Below, one piece after another: positions 58,086-64,000 of a stretch of 64,000 bases of DNA (position 1 is its first letter; every line of letters starts with the position of its first letter). A program made the translations under genes and the position numbers. This DNA is from an uncultured Ruficoccus sp. (GTDB lineage Bacteria > Verrucomicrobiota > Verrucomicrobiia > Opitutales > Cerasicoccaceae), in contig OZ223481.1 in assembly GCA_965140785.1 (NCBI GenBank), positions 512,001 through 576,000 of the forward strand. Reading direction: 5' to 3'. The notes below the pieces were generated by a model, which saw only the letters and a program-made list of their open reading frames with translations, did no database searches and was not told the DNA's origin.

Positions 58086-59351
58086 ATGAAGATAAACATC
58101 ATAAAAGAACCTCATCCCGAACCGCAGCGCCCGGAAGATCAAAAAATGAAATGTGCCTTCTGCGCTTACCCGATTTACGCGACAAGCCACGGAGCGACAA
58201 TGCTTGAACTGAGAAACAGCTGCGAGATGTGGCAAAGCAAAGATAATGGAACAACCTGGCATCTACTTCGATGCATTCCCGTGGAGGAGAAGATATCGAA
58301 CTCACGGTATCTTAAATGGAGTTTGGGGCCGTTGGTACATGACCGGAGCAACGATATTTTGATCTGTTTTGAGTATTGCATCGCATATGGCTGTCCGGTC
58401 TCCGAGATTGTCAACTATGCCAAACATTGCGATTTCTTGATCCCCGAGAGCATACTGAATTTTTACCGGTCTTCACGCGATGGTGGCACAACTTGGAGTA
58501 AACGACGACAGTTGCGTCAGGCTGGCCTAGAATTTGATGACGATAACTATTCAGAACGCCACAGCCTAAGTGGCGGTGGCTTTATCCAACTGGGGGAGGC
58601 TCCGCCATACCTGAACGCTAGTGATGGCGCACTGATATTGCCATTCCAGGGCCGTAGCCGGGTAAACCATGAAATTGACGGTTCCATTCAGGCTGGACGT
58701 TTCTATGGGGTCTGGGATGAAGAAATGGGAGATTACGAATGGCATGTCCGAAGCGGCTATGTGCCGGGCGGTGGCTGTGAACAAACGATTGAACGTCTAA
58801 AAGATGGACGGTTGCTCAACATCATCCGAGTTCAGGGCGTGATAGAGCCATACTATTGTGACCTGAGATATCGCCCTTACTCAATTTCCGAGGACGACGG
58901 AGTCACTTGGAGCAAGCCGGCACCATTAAGGTGGGACGACGGAGCGCATGTGGTAAGCCCTCGTTCATGGTCACAGCTGATCCGTGCCAACCATGGCACG
59001 CTTTACTGGATCGCCAATATATTGCCGGACCTTGATCGGCTGGGCGAAGAGACTCTGTCCCGCTTGGAGAAAACCGACCGTGCGGACCCACGTTTTCCTC
59101 TGGTCATCGCCGAGGTAGATGAAAGTAGTCTAACTCTGAAACGGAAGAGCGAAGCCGTCATCATCGACCGTCAGCCTTACGATGGTGAGTTTGTTCGGTA
59201 TAGTAACTTCTTCTGTTACAATAATAGGGAATCTGGAGATATTAATATGCTCATGATGAAATCTTATCATGAGAATCAGCATGACATCGAAGAGATGCCC
59301 CACCCCGCGTGGCGATTTCGTATTTCGTTTGCACGCAACGAGGAAGTATAA
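58086..59351 (+). CDS. BNR/Asp-box beta-propeller (sialidase-like) protein
   Basis: Asp boxes SKDNGTTW, SRDGGTTW, SEDDGVTW; DPRFPL; no signal peptide seen. Confidence 0.75.
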   Translation: MKINIIKEPHPEPQRPEDQKMKCAFCAYPIYATSHGATMLELRNSCEMWQSKDNGTTWHLLRCIPVEEKISNSRYLKWSLGPLVHDRSNDILICFEYCIAYGCPVSEIVNYAKHCDFLIPESILNFYRSSRDGGTTWSKRRQLRQAGLEFDDDNYSERHSLSGGGFIQLGEAPPYLNASDGALILPFQGRSRVNHEIDGSIQAGRFYGVWDEEMGDYEWHVRSGYVPGGGCEQTIERLKDGRLLNIIRVQGVIEPYYCDLRYRPYSISEDDGVTWSKPAPLRWDDGAHVVSPRSWSQLIRANHGTLYWIANILPDLDRLGEETLSRLEKTDRADPRFPLVIAEVDESSLTLKRKSEAVIIDRQPYDGEFVRYSNFFCYNNRESGDINMLMMKSYHENQHDIEEMPHPAWRFRISFARNEEV

Positions 59352-59778
59352 GGTGACATCGGGGCACTTCGGTTAAAGCTGGAGGCTGATTTCGTCCGTG
59401 AGTGCCGGGAATCCAAGCCATTGTCCCAGGTGATGGAGTGGACTCGGTAGTCCGCCAGGGCCACGATGGCGGCCCTTGGCACTCACGGTGGTGTCCCTGC
59501 TGGGCCACGGAACCTCTCGCCCGTAGCGGCTCTTGTGTCAAAATGGACCAGTTGTCTCGATTGACCTGGTAATCAGGCTTTGATGGTGGCGCTTACAAGC
59601 TTTCCTAACGTCGCATTGGCTGCATCAATTTCTAGTTCGTCGGGTCGCTATGAGAGAGTAAAATATCTGCGGGGTTGGCTGGGGATTTGAGGCCAAGGCA
59701 TCAGAAAGATAATTTATGCCCAACATTGATAACTCCATCTAAAGACTCAGCCCATGGTTTTCTGGTATTATCTAGGTC

Positions 59779-60795
59779 ATGATTGGTGATACTTTTCAAC
59801 AGATACTTTTTACTAAGCCAGGCACTGCTGTCCATGACACTTGTGTGACCTCTACACTTCCCGAGGGGCTGGGCGACGTTCTGATCGAAACAGAATACAG
59901 TGTAGTCAGCGCAGGCACCGAGCTTGCTATTCTCGCGGGTAAGGAAGGCTGGGCGCCTCTGCCATTTACGCCGGGCTATGGATCCGTGGGGCGGGTGGTG
60001 CGGATTGGTTCTGGCGTGACCGATGTGCAGGTTGGCGAGAGGATATTTACCTACGGCAAGCACGCTCGCTACGGCATGGCGGATGTCCTGCGCCTTCCAG
60101 TCAATGAAGATGCCGATGCGATCAAGGCTACATTTGCCCGTATCGCCGCGGTATCCATCACAGCGTTGCGCACGGCAGATATTGCACTGGGGGATACCGT
60201 CGCTGTGATTGGCCTGGGATTGGTTGGCAATTTTTCGGCTCAGCTTTTCGCACTCAGTGGGTGTGAGGTAATCGGGATCGATCTTTCGGAAAAGCGCCGT
60301 GAGCAGGCCCGCCTATGTGGTATCGCGCATACACTGACCCCAGGCGCGGATCTCGTTGCCGAAATCGAAGAACTTACAGATGGACGAAAATGCCGAACCG
60401 TCGTCGAGGCTACCGGGTTGCCAGAAGTGGCGGTTAGTGCTGCTGAGCTTGCGGGTAAGCAGGGAGAAGTTATCCTGCTTGGAAGCCCGCGTAAGGAATG
60501 TGTGCGTGACTTGACCCCGGTGCTTAACCGCATCCATATCTGGGACAACGGCTGCGTGACCTTCAAGGGGGCGCACGAGTGGCGTTACCCTGTCAAAGAG
60601 GATTCCGCAGGCTATGGCCGCTTTTCCATGGAGGGCAACGTGCGCAGTTTACTGGGCTTGATTGCCCAGGATAAGTTGAAGATCGAACCGCTCCTGACGC
60701 ATGTGGTTTCGCCGGCAGATTGCCAGAGCGTTTATGACGGCCTTCGAGATCAGAAGGATGTCTACACCGGAGTTGTCTTCGATTGGTCCAGGTAG
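59779..60795 (+). CDS. MDR-family (zinc-binding ADH-like) dehydrogenase
   Basis: SAGTE, PGY..VG.V, GLGLVG, VEATG. Confidence 0.88.
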   Translation: MIGDTFQQILFTKPGTAVHDTCVTSTLPEGLGDVLIETEYSVVSAGTELAILAGKEGWAPLPFTPGYGSVGRVVRIGSGVTDVQVGERIFTYGKHARYGMADVLRLPVNEDADAIKATFARIAAVSITALRTADIALGDTVAVIGLGLVGNFSAQLFALSGCEVIGIDLSEKRREQARLCGIAHTLTPGADLVAEIEELTDGRKCRTVVEATGLPEVAVSAAELAGKQGEVILLGSPRKECVRDLTPVLNRIHIWDNGCVTFKGAHEWRYPVKEDSAGYGRFSMEGNVRSLLGLIAQDKLKIEPLLTHVVSPADCQSVYDGLRDQKDVYTGVVFDWSR

Positions 60796-60835
60796 GTGTA
60801 CCTGCAGTATGAACTCAATCCTTACTTAGTGAAAG

Positions 60836-61861
60836 ATGGACAAGATGAAGATCGGTTTTGTAGGTAGCGGCTTTATTGCAGACTGGCACTATCGTGCTTT
60901 TTCCACGCAGGCGGGTGTGGAGGTCTGTGGGATTTGTCAGGATTTGTCAGGTGATTCCGAGCGCATCGCTTCGCAGAAGAAAAGGCTGCATGAAAAAGCC
61001 AGGGAATTATCGATCCCGGCCTACGAGAGTTTTGCCGACATGATCGCGGATAGGGAAATAGATGCGCTGATGATCGGTAGCATTAATCCGTTACACAACG
61101 CGCAAATTATCGCCGCACTTGAAGCTGGTAAGCATGTCCTGGTAGAGAAGCCGGTCGTCACGGATATTGCGCAGCTTGATGCCATTGTCGAGCTTAGCCG
61201 CAAGACAGGGAAAGTCGTTTTCCCCGCACACAATTTTGTCTACCGCGAAGCTGTACAGCGGGCCAAGGCGGTACTGGATAGCGGGCAACTTGGCCGGATC
61301 ATCTTCTCCTCATTTGTGGTGACGCACACGATCAGCGACACACACGCCAATGGCTGGCGTGCCAAGCGCGAATTGGGGACGGGGGGCACGCTCATGGACA
61401 GTGGCCACCACCTGGTTTACCAGATGCGCTACCTACTCGGACGTCCACAGTGTGTCTCGGCATACACGGCAAAGATGGTGCGCACGCAGATGGACTGCGA
61501 GGATCTCGCCCAAGTCGGCGTGCAGTATGCGGACGGCTCGGTTTGCACCGTACTGCAATCGATCGCCAGTGCCCATGGCGAAGGCGTCGATGGTATCCGT
61601 ATCGTGGGCGAAAAAGGCAATTTGCTCATCACCGACACGCTCTATGTCAACGGTGAGCGCATAGAGGCAGCCGTCGATTATCAAGCTACCTTTGATGGCC
61701 TCGCGGTGGCTTTTCTCGACGCTGTGCGGGAGGGCAAGGCTCCGGCCTCCTCCCTCGAAGATGTGCGAGATACGCTGGAGATTATTTACGCCTCCTACCG
61801 TAGCGCCGAGGAAGGGAAAACCGTCAGGCTGAATACAATCAATGTATCATCTGCCGTCTGA
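60836..61861 (+). CDS. Gfo/Idh/MocA family oxidoreductase
   Basis: GFVGSGFIA, GKHVLVEKP, GGTLMDSGHH. Confidence 0.92.
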   Translation: MDKMKIGFVGSGFIADWHYRAFSTQAGVEVCGICQDLSGDSERIASQKKRLHEKARELSIPAYESFADMIADREIDALMIGSINPLHNAQIIAALEAGKHVLVEKPVVTDIAQLDAIVELSRKTGKVVFPAHNFVYREAVQRAKAVLDSGQLGRIIFSSFVVTHTISDTHANGWRAKRELGTGGTLMDSGHHLVYQMRYLLGRPQCVSAYTAKMVRTQMDCEDLAQVGVQYADGSVCTVLQSIASAHGEGVDGIRIVGEKGNLLITDTLYVNGERIEAAVDYQATFDGLAVAFLDAVREGKAPASSLEDVRDTLEIIYASYRSAEEGKTVRLNTINVSSAV

Positions 61862-62642
61862 ACTCCGACGGGGAAATCCCGCGTGAGCGCCGGTAGGCGC
61901 GGCTAAATGAGTGCAGATCATCGTACCCGACAGCTTTCGCAATCTCCGTACAATTATGAACCGTGTGCAGCAACAACTCTTCGGCCTTATCCAGTCGCAG
62001 GAGGGTGAAATACTCCATCGGTGAGTAGCCGGTCGTCTGTCTGAAAAGCCGACAGAGATAGTTGGGCGAAAGGTGAGCCGCGCGGCTGACGTCGCGCAGC
62101 GTGACGGCGGGCCGTGCGAGGTTGTCCTGAAAATACGCCAAAGTATCCTCGATGTTTTTCCAAGCCAGGATCGGTGCATGGGTGGGGGCCGGATTCAACT
62201 CACCCCAGCGCAGGTAAGCGCCCAGTAGCTGGGCCAACAGCCCGCCCGCGACCATATTAGCGTAAGGCGGGTTACTTTGCCACTCCTGGTGAATGCGTTT
62301 GAAGCTGCGGAGGTTTTCAGCCTGCCGGGAAGCCGGAGGCGTGACGACAAGGGGGAGAACTCTCGGTAAGGCATCCCTGTGAAGCTGAAAATGAATGACA
62401 TATTGGGCGCGACGATCTCCCCCGAGCTGACGGACAACATGAAGTAGGCGCGGCGGAAGCAGCACCATATCCCCGGAGTTGACTTGATAGTCGCGGCCCT
62501 CCATCTGGAACGACCAGATCCCGTCGAGAATCAAGTGCACTACCCATGTCTCGTCTTTGAAGGAACCCAAAACGGTCGGACCTTCATTGATTCTGACAAA
62601 GGTCGTGGTTGGCAGTCGACTGGTCACGGGAAGCAAGGTCAA
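61839..62642 (-). CDS. AraC-family regulator with cupin sensor
   Basis: LSPNYLCRLFRQTTG.SP, IAKAVGYDDLHSFSRAYRR; start uncertain. Confidence 0.9.
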   Translation of the reverse strand: MTLLPVTSRLPTTTFVRINEGPTVLGSFKDETWVVHLILDGIWSFQMEGRDYQVNSGDMVLLPPRLLHVVRQLGGDRRAQYVIHFQLHRDALPRVLPLVVTPPASRQAENLRSFKRIHQEWQSNPPYANMVAGGLLAQLLGAYLRWGELNPAPTHAPILAWKNIEDTLAYFQDNLARPAVTLRDVSRAAHLSPNYLCRLFRQTTGYSPMEYFTLLRLDKAEELLLHTVHNCTEIAKAVGYDDLHSFSRAYRRSRGISPSEFRRQMIH

Positions 62643-62921
62643 TGTTTGTTTTATGTGTTGATTGACTGCAACTTACAGTTATATTATAATGATGTGTTGA
62701 GCACGCAAGTCCAGCTGCTTTTGGCCATAATTTACGATTGATGAACCGGAAAAAAGCAGACTGTCATCAAGTATTTCTTGGATGTAAACCACACATTGAA
62801 ACAGCAGTCTGAATCGACAGGTAAAAGCTCCGTTTGTACAATCAGCAACGGCGCGTGTTGGCCACCGAACTCAAGACAGCTATGAGTGACATGCAGCCAA
62901 AAAATCTACCAAGGAGGCCGC

Positions 62922-64000
62922 ATGAAGCTGAAATTCAAGATACAGCCGTACCAGACAAATGCCGTCGAGGCGGTCGCTGATTGCTTTCTGGGGCAGCCAA
63001 AGAGCGAGGGTATTTCCTATCGCATCGACCCGCGCCGGGGCGATCAGAGCGCACAGGGTACGCTGGATTACGCGGAGGCTGGCTTCCGTACGGTTTATCT
63101 TCTCCCACTCCGCATTGTGCGAGGGATGGGATAATCCAAATGTCTTCGTTATTTGTACGCTCAAGCACAGTGATAACACGATATCACGACGGCAGGAGGT
63201 TGGACGGGGGCTGCGGCTATGCGTGAACCAGCAAGGGGACCGCATCGACAACCCGGCCATTGTGCATGATATCAACGTGCTGACAGTCGTTGCGAACGAA
63301 AGCTACAAAGACTTCGTCACCGGATTACAGAAGGATATCAGCGCAACACTGACCGCACGGCCCCGGGTGGCCGACGAGAAATTCTTCACCGGGAAGGTGT
63401 TGAAGACCGCCGATGGAATTGAGCATGAGGTAACTCCTCAGATGGCGAAGTCCCTGTACCGCTACCTGCTGAAAAATGACTTCACCGACGATGAGGACCA
63501 CATCACGCCTGCCTACCATGAGGCCAAGCGCAGCGAGACGCTCCCGGAACTTCCTGAGGACTTAAAGCCATTTACTGATCAGGTCTTCCAACTCGTTGAC
63601 AGCGTTTACAGTGATGCGCAGCTTCCCGAAATCGGCGATAGCCGCAAGAAGCAGCCATTGGCCCCGAATGCGAACTTTGAGAAGAGGGAGTTCAAGGAGC
63701 TCTGGAGCCGAATCAACCGGCAAGCCGCCTACAGTGTTCATTTTGAAAGCGAGGAGCTGGTGACAAAGTGTGTGGATTGTCTCAACGATAAGCTCCGGGT
63801 GACGCCGCTACAGTATTATATCCAGCGTGGTGAACAGCGCGTCGAAGCGACCTATGATGACATCCAATCGGGCGAGGCCTTTGAGGTCCGTGAGACGACA
63901 ACCGGGGAGATTATCGCAACCGCCAGTTCGGCGGTGAAATACGATTTGGGTGGTAACCTGGCCGAATCGACTCAGTTGCGCCGAATTACCGTCGTTGAGA
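62922..64000 (+). pseudogene. res: Type III restriction enzyme Res subunit remnant (internal deletion plus frameshift), runs off the window
   Basis: [16 protein letters not shown]-terminus joined out of frame at ~63091 to [25 protein letters not shown]...[10 protein letters not shown]. Confidence 0.85.

Noticed and set aside
59352..59778. Structured ncRNA or small gene in the 430-bp gap
   Set aside because: No convincing long stem or coding signal by eye beyond the operator-like motif already reported; an Rfam search would be needed.

Overview
GC-rich bacterial chromosome segment, most likely a PVC-superphylum (Verrucomicrobia/Opitutae-like) genome. That assignment is inferred from the PEP-CTERM proteins, the prepilin/H-X9-DG protein and the overall gene content. 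1-27 kb is mostly core and sugar metabolism (VapBC, acp-fabZ-fabB, rlmB, rhaB/fucI-like, ribBA-ribH-nusB, ftsY, aroB, lpxA, pdxA, iscA/erpA), and several intergenic gaps hold inverted arrays of 7-, 8- and 9-mer repeats. 27-35.4 kb is a CusCBA-type Cu/Ag efflux operon (cusA frameshifted) under a CnrYXH-like ECF sigma cascade. The most notable feature is a ~9 kb integrative element at 35468-44498, bounded by a 39-bp direct repeat. That repeat is the 5' half of tRNA-Arg(CCT), not the usual 3' end. The element encodes a tyrosine integrase, an Xis-like HTH, a rolling-circle HUH Rep with large hairpins and an SSB-like protein, but no virion or conjugation genes. Its cargo is a defence operon: Type IIG/IIB-like RM, a HEPN protein and Mrr. 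It reads as a satellite-like rolling-circle defence element. To its right are an IS3, gene remnants, a pilin/PEP-CTERM-associated carbohydrate locus and an internally deleted Type III res gene, probably a second island at the same tRNA site. All protein calls come from motif recognition by eye; no searches were run.
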